From contig NC_043002.1 of NCBI RefSeq assembly GCF_006345805.1, positions 84,692,001 through 84,756,000 on the forward strand: 64,000 nt of DNA, given 5' to 3'. Below the pieces are notes generated by a model. It searched no databases and was not told the DNA's origin. It worked only from the letters and a program-made list of their open reading frames with translations. Positions 25,531-39,199 of this stretch are shown here, one piece after another; the stretch's first letter is position 1; each line of letters opens with the position of its first letter. Made by a program: the position numbers and the translations under genes. This DNA is from Octopus sinensis (lineage: Eukaryota).

Positions 25531-27059
25531 ATAATATTAATGATATTAAATGTTTATTAATGGTTATTATTTTAAAGCAAATTTAAGAACAATAATTGAA
25601 CATTGGGCGATTCAATGCTGAGAGTAGAGTCAAATTTATTATAAAATAAATTTTTGACAGGATCTTTGAATTTCGTCCGTTGGTTTTTTCAGCCAGTGAA
25701 GAAATGTTAATTCTTCATTGGTTTCAAAAACCGCCAAGCGAAATTTTAAGTCCCAGAGAAAATTAAATTTGTAGTAATGATGACATTAAGTAACTATTTG
25801 TATAGCCTGGAAGAGGCGATGAGTAAACTGGCTTCCACCTTAGCAGTTTCTGAACTCAACATATAGTGCGGAGGGGGGGGGGGAGGGGTTAACACCTTTC
25901 AATTCGACACAACCGTTTTAACCATTCCAGCATCTTCAGCTATGATTGAACAATGGTAATATGACTAATATCTTAACACTTGCAAAAGCAAATTTCTTAT
26001 TTTGAATTCCATTGTAAAATAAATTATATTGGAAATCATTCTCATTACAATGTAAGGTTCCGCAAGAAATCAAAAGTACCATTATTCTTTCTATTTCAGT
26101 AGTAGTATTTTCTCTTCCTTTCTGATATCATATTCATTAAACGAAACCACTTCACTATCTACTGATAAAGTCAGTCACCTCTTTTAAAATTTGTATTTGT
26201 GTTTTGAAAGTTCGAGAGATGACGAAAAACACGAGGAGAATTCTTTGGTTTCAGAAAAGACACCATGTCGTGTTTATTGATCAAACGGTGTCGATGTGGT
26301 GATGTATTTATCTCATTGTATTGAGCATCCTATATTAAAAAAAAATAAATCCTGCAACTCCCGCTTCTTTGTTTTCTTTTTTCTCTTCTTCCTTCCTTTC
26401 TGAACACGTCGTCTTTTCTGTATTTTGTCTTGAATCAAACAGCATGCTTCGAATTCCTTTCGTATTCTTAGAAAACTTCTTACGACAAGAGGCGCAGTTT
26501 GACAAGTAAATATTCTCTTGTTCAACTGATATATTTCTACTGACTCGATATAGAAGTATAGGATTATAGTTTGGAAGCAGACTTTAAGCACTAAGAACAA
26601 TAACAAGAACGAAATGAGTAGTAATTCAGAAGAAAATAATCCTGAATTAAGGAAAGAAGTAAAGCAAAATAGAATGATTAAAAACCGATGGTATCAACAG
26701 TTCCACTAAATTTAACGAGTCATCTTTTACTTTTTTACGCATTTAGTTATTTAATTATTATATTTCTATAGTTTTAAGTTTACTTTCTCTGAAAGTTGAA
26801 TGAGTTTGAAATCCAGCTTGTAGATTGACTATAGCAGTTCCAGCTGAGAAGTTTACAATGAATAGACAAAGCAAAAACATTGCTGTCATCCAAAAGCGAG
26901 TATGGCTTGGTAGCGTGTACCATACTTTCGCTAATTGTTTTATATGTCTGTCTAGTTGCATGAACAAGACAACATTTTCGCGACCCTCTCTGTTGACCCA
27001 ATATAAAACCCGGAATGTGACACGAGGGAAAGAAGGCTGCATCAGTATTGGGTTCGTAT

Positions 27060-27200
27060 TCATATTCAGCTGAGTTGGCTAGAACAATATGAAATGAATG
27101 CCCTTGCTCAAGGACACAACGTGCCACTCGTCCTAGGAATTGAACTCACGATCTAACGATTGTGAGAACAACAACCTAACCATCAGGTCATACAACTTAT
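27060..27200 (-). mobile_element. SINE family D-like 5' fragment
   Basis: CTTGCTCAAGGACACAAC..GAATTGAACTC is the reverse complement of the head and CORE-like part. Confidence 0.75.
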
Positions 27201-27553
27201 CTTCAATAAATAAGATAACGTTTGCATTCATCTAAAATGAAGTCTTGAAAACTTCGCTGAGAAGAGTAGTACTAGTGCAAGTTCTGATTATTTTATGGGT
27301 ACTCAAACCACGCTCATCATGCGTCGTGTATTCACACTACCCTTAAACTGATTCTTTTCCCGTCTCAATGGAATGTACAAAATACGAACGGTACTGTTTA
27401 CAAGCAATCTGAAATATATTCAGACGAACCATTGATGAAATTAATTCATCGAACAATAATTTTCGGATAGAAAGATCAAATTTTTATTTTAATTTCATTA
27501 CAAAAGTCAAACAGAGAATAATAATAATGATGATAATAATAATAATAATAATA

Positions 27554-27586
<33 letters not shown>

Positions 27587-27589
27587 TAA

Positions 27590-27845
27590 CAACACTGGTG
27601 ATGAGAGCATTGGGATGCATATCGGACAGTTCTGAGGACTGTGTGAATAAAATCGGAATTGATGGAAGGTTACAGGTCATACAGAGGACAGCGCTTGTTG
27701 GTACGGCAAGGATTTTATGGAAAGTCTTATCCATGTAAGGCACAGGAGAGGAAGAAGTAAGGGAGCTTTGTCAGCTTCTTGCTGACCGCTCCCTAATCGA
27801 AATGTCCGGATCGTTTAACATCTAAAGTGTCTGAGATTTACAAAA
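27590..27845 (+). mobile_element. R4/Dong-like LINE, short 3' fragment between (AAT)n tracts
   Basis: ALGCIS..IQRTALVGTARILWKVLSM* followed by a short UTR. Confidence 0.8.
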
Positions 27846-27872
27846 GTGAAGATGATGATGATGGTGATGATG

Positions 27873-27936
<64 letters not shown>

Positions 27937-27944
27937 TAATAATA

Positions 27945-28745
27945 ATAGATGGTTGCAAGATAGCAAGAAAACTAAGTGAATCTTACTACAGAAGTGAGGC
28001 TGTTAAAACAGGATATAGGAAAAGGATGTATAAAATGTGGACAGAGAAAGACATGTTTCCCGTCACAGAAATAAAATTTAATCGTGAAAAGACAGTGGTT
28101 GTCCTCGTTAGAGTTGTAAGAGATATCCAAAACAGTAAAAGATGAAGAACGTGGTTACTTAGGAGAAGAAGAAGAAGAAGAAGAAGAAGAAGAAGAAGAA
28201 GAAATCGAACAGGAAATATCAAAACGTCCAATAGACCATCAGAAGAGAAATAATAGCTAGGATGGAAAAAGTTCATTTTGTGGAAGGAAGGGATGTTACT
28301 GAGAGGAAATGAGCTCACTACAATGGCTAAATGAGACACGAATTTTAAAAGAAAAAGACTACCGGCTTGGGGAATAAAAGAAAAAGTATGTGAAGTAGGA
28401 AAAACAGAGTAGCAGTTTACGAAAATCTGTGTTGGAAATACAAGACCTAAGCGGCCTTATATACTGTGCTGCTTTTGTTGCTGTAGAAATTCGTGGTGCT
28501 AAAACTCAAAGAAAAGTCAGGGATAAAAGACCATGGGGGAAATGGAGATTTGAAAATAAAGGTGAAGAGCTCGATAGAGATCTTTGAAGGACAACAGAAG
28601 AAGATGGTGAAAGAAAAACGCAGGAACAGGTCTCAAAGAAAGTACAGCAATAGCTAAAGGGGAGATAAAAATGCCAAAAAAAGGCAATATCAAGTAAAAC
28701 AACTAGGTAAATGAAAATAAACCAATTCCTGCACATAACAAACAC
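27945..28745 (+). mobile_element. R4/Dong-like LINE, N-terminal fragment
   Basis: YYRSEAVKTGYRKRMYKMWTEKDMFPVTE and PWGKWRFENK resemble the R4-clade N-terminal region; split by an (AGA)n tract. Confidence 0.65.
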
Positions 28746-30724
28746 AAACAATTAAATATGGCACCCAGGTTCCGTTTTTAAGACTCACTTATCTCTCCTC
28801 CCTGCCTTTTGTTTATTTCTAGGTTAATCTTAATGACTGATAAAGTAGTTAAAACCACCACCCGCGCAAACAAAACTAGTGAGAATATTTTAGTATTCGT
28901 TCTATTTCATGTGTTATATTTAGCAGTATACACGTGTCAGAAAATATTGCACATTCCAGACTACTTCTTAAGATTTTTGTTTATAGTCATAACCTTTGGA
29001 ATGCAAAGATTTATAGTTTGTGGTGTGGTTGATTGGCACAACACTTGCCACGTGGTAATTGTTTCGGTTGCTTGCATACAGAGTTCAAATCCTGCTGAGG
29101 CAATCTTGTTTCCGTGTTCCTCTTTCTCTCTCTCTCTTTATACCTTTCTGCATATCTTCCTACCTATTTATCTTTTGCTCGCTCTCAGAATGGCTTGTAC
29201 TGTGCTATTAGAACGCCTCTTTGGATCACTCCCCGTGTATCTTCTAAGAAATGAAGGACAGTTGTGGTTGGGAGCTAATACCTTCTCATTAATCATACTA
29301 ATGAGTTAAAAAGCAAAAAAAAAAAAACCAACAAAAAAACCCAGAAAACATTATTTAAATAACAATCTTGAAGTCAAGGGGTTTTGAATTTGATCTGATG
29401 TTGGTTAGAGACCCAGTCTTGAGATCTCACGGATCCTCGTGAAGTAAACAATCACTCGATAGAAAAACGCCAAATTCCGTAACAGAATTTCCCAAAACTA
29501 ACATAATTATTTATTTCCCCTTAAAAGACAGTTAATAAAAATATCAACCAATTAGTAAAATGAGATTATTGCACAATATCATAAGTGTTCAAGAAAGCCT
29601 TGTTCTTATAAAATTCATTCTACACGACATTACACATTATAAACATCTTTGTAGATTAACAACATTTCGTGAATATGTAGCGTTGGTTATGACAAAGATT
29701 TGTTGTCAGTTTATATTCAAGGCTTCATGCAATACATCGTCAATCTTATATGAACATCGTGTTTTTAGGTGCCGGAGTCCTTCGACAAATAACTGATAAT
29801 TAGTCTGATTTTTCACAACGCTGCAATTACGCATGGCTCCGTTCATCCTTCATTCATCTCCGGGTTGAATATAGAGTTGTGAACATAGCTATTAAGGGAA
29901 TCGCGCTGGTTTAGGTATGAAGCCGTGAAAACAGCTTTGAGAGAGAAAATTCACCTGTGACCGACTCAACGAAACCAGAATTCCCTCTGCCTTTTCAAGT
30001 TAAAAGTCTCTGTATTTAAGAGCTTCGTTGAAGAAGGCAAGTTCTAGAATTTATCACGTGAACAAAAAGTTCTGATTAGGTGAAATGGAGTCTGCATGCA
30101 TAATAAACACGCGATTTATATGTAATCTGAAATGGAATTGAAAACAACTGGCATAAATATATATTCTGTGTATAGTTCAAATTTATAGAAAAGCAAAGAC
30201 TTAGACAGATGTAGGAACAACAAACAAGTGTTTGATGCTCGGGAAAAATGGAAAAGTCACTCTCTCTATCTCACTTCTCTTCTCCTGCTCATATGGCTCC
30301 CACGTGACCATCGACCATTATTCTTTCTCTCCGTTGTAGCTGGAACAAGGAAGACGTGTTCTTGTTTGTTTCCTGTCCTAGCTTGATTTACGCGTTCGCC
30401 ATCACAACGCCGTTTAGGCTTATCAGCCCTTTCTGTCTGTTTTCACTGTCCTATTTGTGTTACCAATTTTGACCCTCCGCAAAATCCCAAATTTTATTTA
30501 ATTTGCTTTGCGGGAGCAACTGTTTTATCGAAAGTGGGTATTGTTGTTAAATACTTGAAATACGAGACTAGAAAAACAGCCAACAACTTATGAAGGGTCG
30601 TTCATTATGTTTGTTTTGTTTTCCATTTGTGTCTTTCGTTGTTCGAAAGAATAGTTTATATTCCATGTACTCGTGCTTCGTATTTTTTTGTTGTACACGT
30701 TTCGTGACGTCCTGTGCCCATATA

Positions 30725-30775
<51 letters not shown>

Positions 30776-30851
30776 GTATACGTATAGATGTAAGTACGTA
30801 CATATACGTATGTATATATGCATATATATTATTTATATTATATATAGAGAA

Positions 30852-30921
<70 letters not shown>

Positions 30922-31149
30922 TCTGCCATAATACAGTTAGAGAGCGCCAGCCTTGACAGTGGTTGGACTTGTTCTTCGCTGCTCTGACCAGTCAGCAGCT
31001 GAGACACAGAAATACTAATACACCCCAGCAGGACAACTGAAAAAGAACTTTCAAAGACTGGAAAATCTACAATTCCCTGAGTATTTTAAATTTCTCTAAA
31101 AACAAGTTAAGAAACTTACATATCTACAGTTTTCGAACGCGAAAACGAT

Positions 31150-31525
31150 GAGCTTTAAAAACTTTAATATCTACTACTTCTGTGAATATCTATCCTTTCC
31201 TTTCTCCGTGAGTATTCCAATGTAAACATCCTTTTTATTCTAAGAACACTACAGTTTTCTCTGTTCAGACATACAAAACATCATCTTTAGCAAGTTTTAA
31301 AACTTTAATATCAACAATTTTCTGTGAAAATTTTACCCTCTTTTTCTTTCCTTTCTCCCAGAGTATTCCAAAATGTAAACATCCATTTTATTGCAAAAAC
31401 ACTACAGTCTTCTCTGACCAGACATACAAACAATCAAAACTTTAATAGCTACAATTTTGTGTGAAAATTTTACCTTTCTTTTCTCCCTGACTACTTGAAT
31501 ATGTAAACATATTTTTATTGCAACA
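31150..31525. repeat. Degenerate ~140-bp tandem repeat, ~2.7 copies
   Basis: AAAACTTTAATA recurs at ~31157, ~31300 and ~31436, with shared TGTGAA, ATGTAAACAT and ACACTACAGT blocks. Confidence 0.8.
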
Positions 31526-32535
31526 ACACGACAAAAAAAAAATTAAGGAGGTAATAAAATATCTTGAAACATCTAACGACTGGATGCTAAAGCTCGTTGA
31601 AAACCATGAAAGACTTAAGCTTCATTCTGTAATGAAGGAGAGAAAAACATTCCAAATGGTTATATGCATAATACTCAGGTTGAATAGCATGGGGGAAGTG
31701 CAGCAACTGTAGTTAGAAAGAAAGTGAAATCAATAGCAAAGCAAAATGAGCTTGAATAATTGGCTGATAGGTGGGAGCAAAAGCCTCTGCATGGCAAATA
31801 TGTGGCCCATAGCAAACAAGCTGATGAAGACCAGAAGCACATTCATCAGTGGCTACGGAGCTCAGGGCTAAAGGTAGAAAGTGAAAATTTTATCCTGACT
31901 GTCCAAGATCAGAGCTTATTGACGCAGAACTATGAAGCCAATGTGATCAAGAATGGAGTAGACTCAAAGTGTCGATACTGCAATGATGGGACAGAAACAG
32001 TCGACCACCTAATCTCTGGATGTAAAATTTTAGTACCTGTAGAGTACAAATTAAGACATGACAGAGTTGGCCAATATCTACAGTGGATAACGTGTCCGCA
32101 TTATAAAATCGAAACTGCTAACAAATGGTACAAGCATCACCCGGAGATTGTAAATGAAGAAGAAAATGTAACGATTCTTTGGGACTTTCCGGTATCTACA
32201 AACCGGACTATCAAGGCAATTAAACCAGATATTGTTGTGAAAGACAAAAACAATAAAGTCTGTTTATTGATTGACATCAGAATATCCTGTGACCATAATA
32301 TCCCGGCAAAAGAATTTGATAAGCTCAGAAAATATTAAGATCTGCTAATCTAAATTGAAAAGATGTCGCATCTCAAGACGTTACGATACCAGTGATTGTA
32401 GGAGCACTTGGAATGATCAAAAAAGGAACTGAAAATTATTCAAGATCCCTGGCTTACCATCCATACAGGAAATGCAAAATATTGTCTTAACTGGTACGTC
32501 ACACGTATTGAGAAGAGCATTGTCGCTGTGAATTT
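31520..32535 (+). mobile_element. R4/Dong-like RLE LINE 3' part (ORF 31760-32338)
   Basis: KPLHGKY, CRYC..ETVDHLISGC, RHD, KPDIVV.D..K.CLLID (PD-D motif), ends GTSHVLRRAL*. Confidence 0.92.
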
Positions 32536-32589
32536 TCCTTCCCTTTCCCCATTTATTTAAGGATTATTTAAGGATTATTTAAGGATAAT

Positions 32590-33405
32590 GAACGAAACAC
32601 TCATGTTTCCTGAGGTGAATTATTCAAACCCCAAAGAATCCCTCTCAACACATGGCTATGATGCTCCCTCACTACTTCTGCTCGTGATCAGAGATGCACA
32701 TATCGTCAGCCACTAAAGGGACAGGCTCAAATGCTTAAGACCAAACAGCTGACATGCGAATCTGTGGTACTGAGCAGAATATTTGCTGTAGCCCATCTTT
32801 TATGCCAAGACAAAACAATGTACATGATAACATTATTATAATCATTGAGTGAGAGAGCAGTACATGCCATCAAAGTGACACTGAGGTAAAATATACGAAG
32901 CCCTATATATCCATCATGATTACCTGTTTGATAAGGGTACACTAGGCACATGCATCACAACCAAATGTGCGCGACATGGTGATCTCATATTAATATTAAG
33001 ATAAACAGCACATGATCTTGCAGGTGGGGCCCAGTTAAAATTTTCTTGAGGTTGAGTAGCCCATCCTACTTAAAAGGTCCCTGAATAAGGGTTGTTTAAG
33101 GATGTTGAACGAAACACCCATGTTTCCAGAGGTGAACTATTCAAACCCCAAATAATTTCTCTCAACACATGGCTTTGATGCTCTCCCACTACTTCTGCTC
33201 GTGATCAGAGATGTACATATCATCAGCCACAAAGGGACATGCGCAACTGGTTAAGGTCAAACAACTGACAAGCGAATCTGTGGTATTGAGCAGAATATTT
33301 GCTGTAGCCCATCTTTTATACCTAGACAAAACAACGTACATGATAACACTTTCAATCAGTTAAGATGAGAAGCCATGAAAGCCACTACCTGGTACTGCAT
33401 CAGGA
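32590..33405 (-). mobile_element. Family B repeat, one near-full copy plus an adjacent partial copy
   Basis: 32590-32830 repeats 33105-33350; homologous to 2101-2636; flanked by (TAT)n. Confidence 0.8.
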
Positions 33406-33406
33406 C

Positions 33407-33461
<55 letters not shown>

Positions 33462-33679
33462 CACTCTAAGGAACATTTACAGTCCTGAATAGGACACACA
33501 GAATTAACAAACAGGAGAATTTACCGGTGACTAACAACTGTCAGCACTGGCATTGGTTACTGACCGTTGCGGTTAGCCGGCCTCTGAAAGCAAACAGAGA
33601 GCTAACACAGCATCCGCCTAGATAATATTTCCCTACAAACTCACTTTTAACACACACACACACACACATGTATATACTG

Positions 33680-33727
<48 letters not shown>

Positions 33728-34384
33728 TAATCAATGTAGTTTCAACTTAGTCTGATTTTCACGTTTTATCATTTGAAATTTTTACAATTTTACAATTTTA
33801 CGATTTTGAAATAAACTAGTACTTTCATGCGTTACGCAGTCATCAGGTTTAGGGAGTAACAGTCGTGTTCCACAATCAGCATGTGGCTTAGACATCACGG
33901 TTTGGTGGGCGCGCCAAGGATTCATTACTTTGATTGCACTTAAAGAAATAATTGTTTGGCTGTATTTTGGAATGTTTTGAACAACATACCTGTTTTCATT
34001 GAATTCTCTTGTTACTCCTGAAATGTTTACATTTCAATCAAGTCAATGTTCATTTTGTCAACACTACTACCATTCACTAACAATGGTGGTGGTGGTAGAT
34101 GTAGTAATAGCAGTAGTAATTATTATTATCACCATCATCCTTATAATTATTATGATGTGGCTGTGTGGTAAGAAGTTTGCTACCAAGCCACAAGGTTTCG
34201 CGTTCAGTCCCAAGTGTCTTCTGCTACAACCTGAGTCAACCAAAGCCTTCAGAATGGATTTAGTAGATGGAAATTGAAAGAGCCCCGTCGTATGTATGTA
34301 TGTATGTATGTATGTATGTATGTATGTATGTATGTATGTATGTATGTATGTATGTATGTATGTATGTATGTATACACACACACA

Positions 34385-34607
34385 TATATATGTGTGTTTA
34401 TGTTGACCGCGTGTGTACCGTTGGCGATTTTTTTCAATCCGTCTTCCCTTCTCTGGACCTTTCCTTTTCCTACGTTTCTGTCGAAGAGCTCCGCTCGAAA
34501 CGTTAAACCCTCCTTCTTTCCTTCTTTCCCGAGCGTCCAATAACACTGTACTTGTTCCACGTCCTCGCGTTGTTGTGTTTTCTCTTTGTGTTTTCATGTT
34601 TGGATTA

Positions 34608-34612
<5 letters not shown>
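34385..34612 (+). mobile_element. Short pLTR-like repeat with a mini-hammerhead at 34474-34508
   Basis: GTTT-CTGTCGA-A-GAGC TCC GCTC-GAAACGT-T-AAAC; relative at 51931-52110. Confidence 0.65.
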
Positions 34613-34650
<38 letters not shown>

Positions 34651-34654
34651 TATA

Positions 34655-34707
<53 letters not shown>

Positions 34708-35714
34708 TTACATATACATAAACTAGCCGAAACTTCGAAGTTACTGTCAACAACATTCTTGCATAAAAATGATAAATTTCTATAGAAGTATAAAGTAAGC
34801 CATCAAATTAGTGTAAAATTGGTTCTATTATAACTGAATAGAAGAACAAGCATTAATATATATATTAATATATAAAATACACGTGGAAATGTAAGGAGAA
34901 AATAAGAAAAATCAACGAAAATGCACATTGTAAATAAAAAAAGAAAAGGCTTTTTATGAAAGGTAACGACAGATATATACATTTAGATGGACTGAGGTAG
35001 TAATAAAAGTAAAAAAAAGTCCTTATTATGAGATGATTAAAAAGTCAGAATGAAAAGCATACCATGGTTTCGTCAAAGCTATTCATTGCTTTGTATTCAT
35101 ATATATATATACATACACACATATGTGTGTGTGCATGCGTGCGCGCGTGTGTACCTTTGTGACTGTCGTTCGGCAAAAGAGACCGCTGAAATTTGTAAGA
35201 ATTATATAAATTTATGATTGAATTAGCACCCACTGTCTTCGAATATGAAAGCCGACATCTATTCGGGCTGGACCTGAACCTAGAACATGAACCGATTGAC
35301 TTATTATGGCTTTAATTATTCGAATTCGAAATAGCTTTAAGATTAGATACAACATGAAATGTATTTATCACGCAGTGTTATTAAGACCTCTGTTTCTACA
35401 GTTGATAATCGTTTCTGCATTTAAAAATAAACATCAACAATTAAATATGAATTAATTAGATCACTCATTACCAAGAGGTTCAGTGTCCGTTTATGACTTT
35501 TACTTATCTCTTTGCCATGTGTTGTGTTTATTTCTAGGTTAATATAATGATTGATAAAGTGACTAAAACAGATTCCTACGTATTCAAGTTTCCTGGGAAC
35601 ATTTTTTAGTAATTATTCTATCTTTAATTGTTATATATTTAGCTGTAGCCTACACATCTTGCAGAAAATACGAATTAGAATCCTTTAATTCACTTAAAAA
35701 CAACAAAAACAGTT

Positions 35715-35933
35715 GATATATTCTTTTCTACTCAAGGCAGAAGGACCGAAACTTTTGAAGAGGGGCCAGTCGATTAGATCGATCCCAGTGTTTGACTGGT
35801 ACTTAATTTATCAACCCCGAAAGGATGAAAGGCAAAGTCGACGTCGGCGGAATTTGAAATCAGAACGTACCGACGGTCGAAACACCACTAAGCATTTCGT
35901 CCAGCGTGCTAACGTTTCTGCCTGCTCACCACC

Positions 35934-35989
<56 letters not shown>

Positions 35990-36205
35990 CCTTTCTACTA
36001 TAGGCAGAAGGCCTGGAATTTTGGGGGAGGGGGATAGTGGATCATATCGACCCCAAGTACTTGACTGGTACTTAATTTACCGACCCTGAAAGGATGAAAA
36101 GCAAGGTCGACCTCGGCAGAATTTAAACTCAGAACGTAACGACGGACGAAATACGGCTACGCATTTCTCACGGCGTGCTAACGATTCTGCCAGCTCGCCG
36201 CCTTA
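35715..36205 (-). mobile_element. Two SINE family C copies separated by (AAT)n
   Basis: Family C core present twice. Confidence 0.88.
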
Positions 36206-36238
36206 ATAATAATAATGATAATAATAATAATAATAATA

Positions 36239-36291
<53 letters not shown>

Positions 36292-36294
36292 TTA

Positions 36295-37450
36295 ATAATT
36301 GGATGGAATAGAATCCAAGCACTTAATACATGGGCGATAGCGTCACTTCGATATGGAGCTAGAATTATAAAATGGCAAAAGAGAGAAGTGAAGAAAATGG
36401 ATAGCAAGACAAAAAAAAAATGTTGACAATACAAGGCTGAACTTGTCTAAAAGAAAGGGTGGGAGAGGTTTAATCAGTTGCCAGGACTGTATCGAAACCG
36501 AGGAAAACAGCCTAGGGTGGTATATAAAAAATGCTGTGGGGCTACTGCTGAAATACGAAGAAGGTCGACGTCATCTACACTGAAAATTGTACAACTAAAG
36601 AAAAATTTAAACAAAAAGCATGGAAGGAAAAGAAAATGTATGGTTAGCTTGCAAGAGATGTGAATGCCAAGAGAGGCACAGAGGACCGGTGGCTATGGAT
36701 GAGGAGGAGTGACCTGAAAATAGAGACAGAAATATTTATATGCGCAGCTCAGGACCAACTACATGAAGTGCAAAATAGACAACACTACCGATAGCGACAA
36801 ATGCAGATTGTGTGATGAGAGGAGTGAAACGGTATGGCACATCGTTAGCAAATGCCCGAAATTGGCACAACGCGAATACAAAAGACGCCATGACAATGTG
36901 GCAAGAATGCTCCATTGGGAGCTCTGTGTAAACCACAGCCTACAAAGAGCAAAGACGTGGTATGAGAAAACTCCAGAAGAAGTCACCGAGAATGAGAACT
37001 TCAAAATCCTGTGGGATTCAATTATCCAGTGCGATCACTCGATGTGACATTGGAAACCAGACATTGTTGTGAGGGATAAAAAACGAAAGAACAAGCATGA
37101 TAATCGACATGTTATGGCCCGGTGACAAGATCATTGTGAAAGAAGAAGAAAAAATAATCAACTATGATGATTTGAAGTGGGAAATAGGAAGTTTGTGGTT
37201 AATGTAGACGTGATAGCAAATAGTAATTGGTGCATTTGGAAATATCAGTACTCAACTTCCAACAGACTGGTGCAAGATTGGTGCAAGTGTGAAGGTAGAA
37301 CAACTACAAAAATCAGCAATGCTTGGAACTGCAAGAATTCTTCGGAGGGTTCTTGAAGCATGACCAATAAACAAGCGTCACTTTGTATGTTGGCTGTGGA
37401 CAGCTGACACCTTCCATCATACCCAGGAAAATAAGCTGTGAGGTTTCATA
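36295..37450 (+). mobile_element. R4/Dong-like RLE LINE, 5'-truncated, inside (AAT)n
   Basis: ALNTWAIASLRYGA, KGGRGL, CRLC..ETVWHIVSKC, KRRHDNVA, KPDIVV, LLGTARILRRVL*; (AAT)n on both sides. Confidence 0.92.
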
Positions 37451-37461
37451 TAATAATAATG

Positions 37462-37522
<61 letters not shown>

Positions 37523-37749
37523 TAATAATGATGATGATGGTAATGATGACGATAATGATGATGATCATGACGATGATGATGATGATAATAACGTTAAGAG
37601 CATAGATGTGGGGGGACATCACAAGGTCTGTCTAAAATTTGTGTGAGTGTTTACACAAAAGTTGGAAAAACATAGAAAAAAAGATGGTGATATGAGACAA
37701 ATGTATACATAATGTGCAAAGTATGTGATCACATGAAACAAATAATCCT

Positions 37750-38480
37750 CTTGATACAGGAGAAACTCCAACAAGGGCTAATAGAGGAACCCCACAGATT
37801 CAGGATTATCCTAACCACCGGCAGGAGTCCTCGCCAATCGTTCTCCAATCTACAGACGCATGCCAGGATTAGGCCAACTCACCCTAACTATTTTCGCCAC
37901 AGTCACCCATCATTTCACAAATTCTCTCGGAGGTAGCATCTCCTTATCCAACCTCACTTTTCTCTCCAAGTGGAACATAAAAATGTCGATGAGGATTGTA
38001 CCGAAGAGGAAGGTGTCTTTCAGCCTCGTTCACCACATAACCTCTTTCGCCATAAACACCTGACAACAGAACACCATCTGCCTGCCTTAATAAAGGTGGG
38101 TGATGGCGCGACCCCACGATGGACTCAGCCGCCAGTTGGATTCCTCTTACACGCGATAAAAGTTATTCGACATAACTCCAAAAGTCAGCAATGCTTGGAC
38201 ATTGCACAAATACATACAGTACAGTTTCGTCACTTTGCACTTCGGACAGTCCTGCTTAGCAGTGCCTTTGTGTCTGTAGAGTTTATTTTGAATCGTGCCA
38301 GTAATTGTTTGTGCCCTTGGCATAGTGAGTAAAGAAATCAAGCATTTGCTAGAAAAGATAAACATAGAAATACAAATAGTGCACGTCCAGAAGACATCAT
38401 TACCTGGTAGTGAATGGTGTCTTGGCAGAGTACACGGAACTTCAAAGAGCATATAACCTTAATTCACGGGAAATGAACTG
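37750..38480 (-). mobile_element. Tx1-like LINE 3' remnant
   Basis: NKLYRHKGTAKQDCPKC aligns with RDKLYKLGCAVRRACPRC in ORF 5313-5942. Confidence 0.7.
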
Positions 38481-38569
38481 CTGGTACATTAATGACTCAT
38501 GTGTAATTGGCTGAGTATGTAATGGTGATGACGATGATGAGGATGATGACGACGACGATGATGATAGGT

Positions 38570-38765
38570 TCAAATTTTGGCAAAAGATCATCAATTTCCG
38601 GGGATAAGTCGATTACATCGATCTCGGTATTCAACTGATTCTTTTTTTTATTGATGAAAAGTTAGTCGACTTCAGAGGAATTCGAACTCAGAATGTTAAG
38701 ACGGATGAAATACCACTAAGCATTTTGCCCGGCGTACTAACGATTCTGTCAGCTCCCCGCCTTCA
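38570..38765 (-). mobile_element. SINE family C, degenerate
   Basis: GAATTCGAACTCAGAATGTT..CATTTTGCCCGGCG..CAGCTCCCCGCC. Confidence 0.8.
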
Positions 38766-38867
38766 ATAGCAATAATAATAATAATAATAATGATAATAAT
38801 AATAATAATAATAAATGTTTTCTTTATTCAAAAAAATAATCCCTAGTGGGGACGATATAGGACAATA

Positions 38868-39190
38868 AAATGGCACTCCGTCGCTTACGACGACAAGGGT
38901 TCCAGTTTATCCGATAAACGGAACAGACTACTCATGAAATTAAAGTACAAGTGGCTGAGAACACCACAAGCGCGTACCCTTAACGTAGTTCTCAGGGATA
39001 TTCAACGTGACACAAAATGTGACAAGTTGACCCTTTGAAATACAAGGACAACTCATTTTTGTCAGCTGAGTGGACTGGAGCAATTTGAAACAAACCGTCT
39101 TGCTCAAGGACCCAATGCGTCGCCTGGAATTGAACTCATGACCTTAAGATCGAGAGCCGAATACCCTAACCACTAAGCCACGCGCATTCA
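38868..39190 (-). mobile_element. tRNA-derived SINE related to family D, with a different tail
   Basis: Head (reverse complement) AACCACTAAGCCACGCGC and CORE-like GTCTTGCTCAAGGAC. Confidence 0.85.
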
Positions 39191-39199
39191 CACAGGGCA

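Noticed and set aside
35055-35100. Minus-strand GAAAC-CATG-GTA with an upstream hairpin
   Set aside because: The CUGANGA half is missing, replaced by microsatellite; at best a half-ribozyme remnant.
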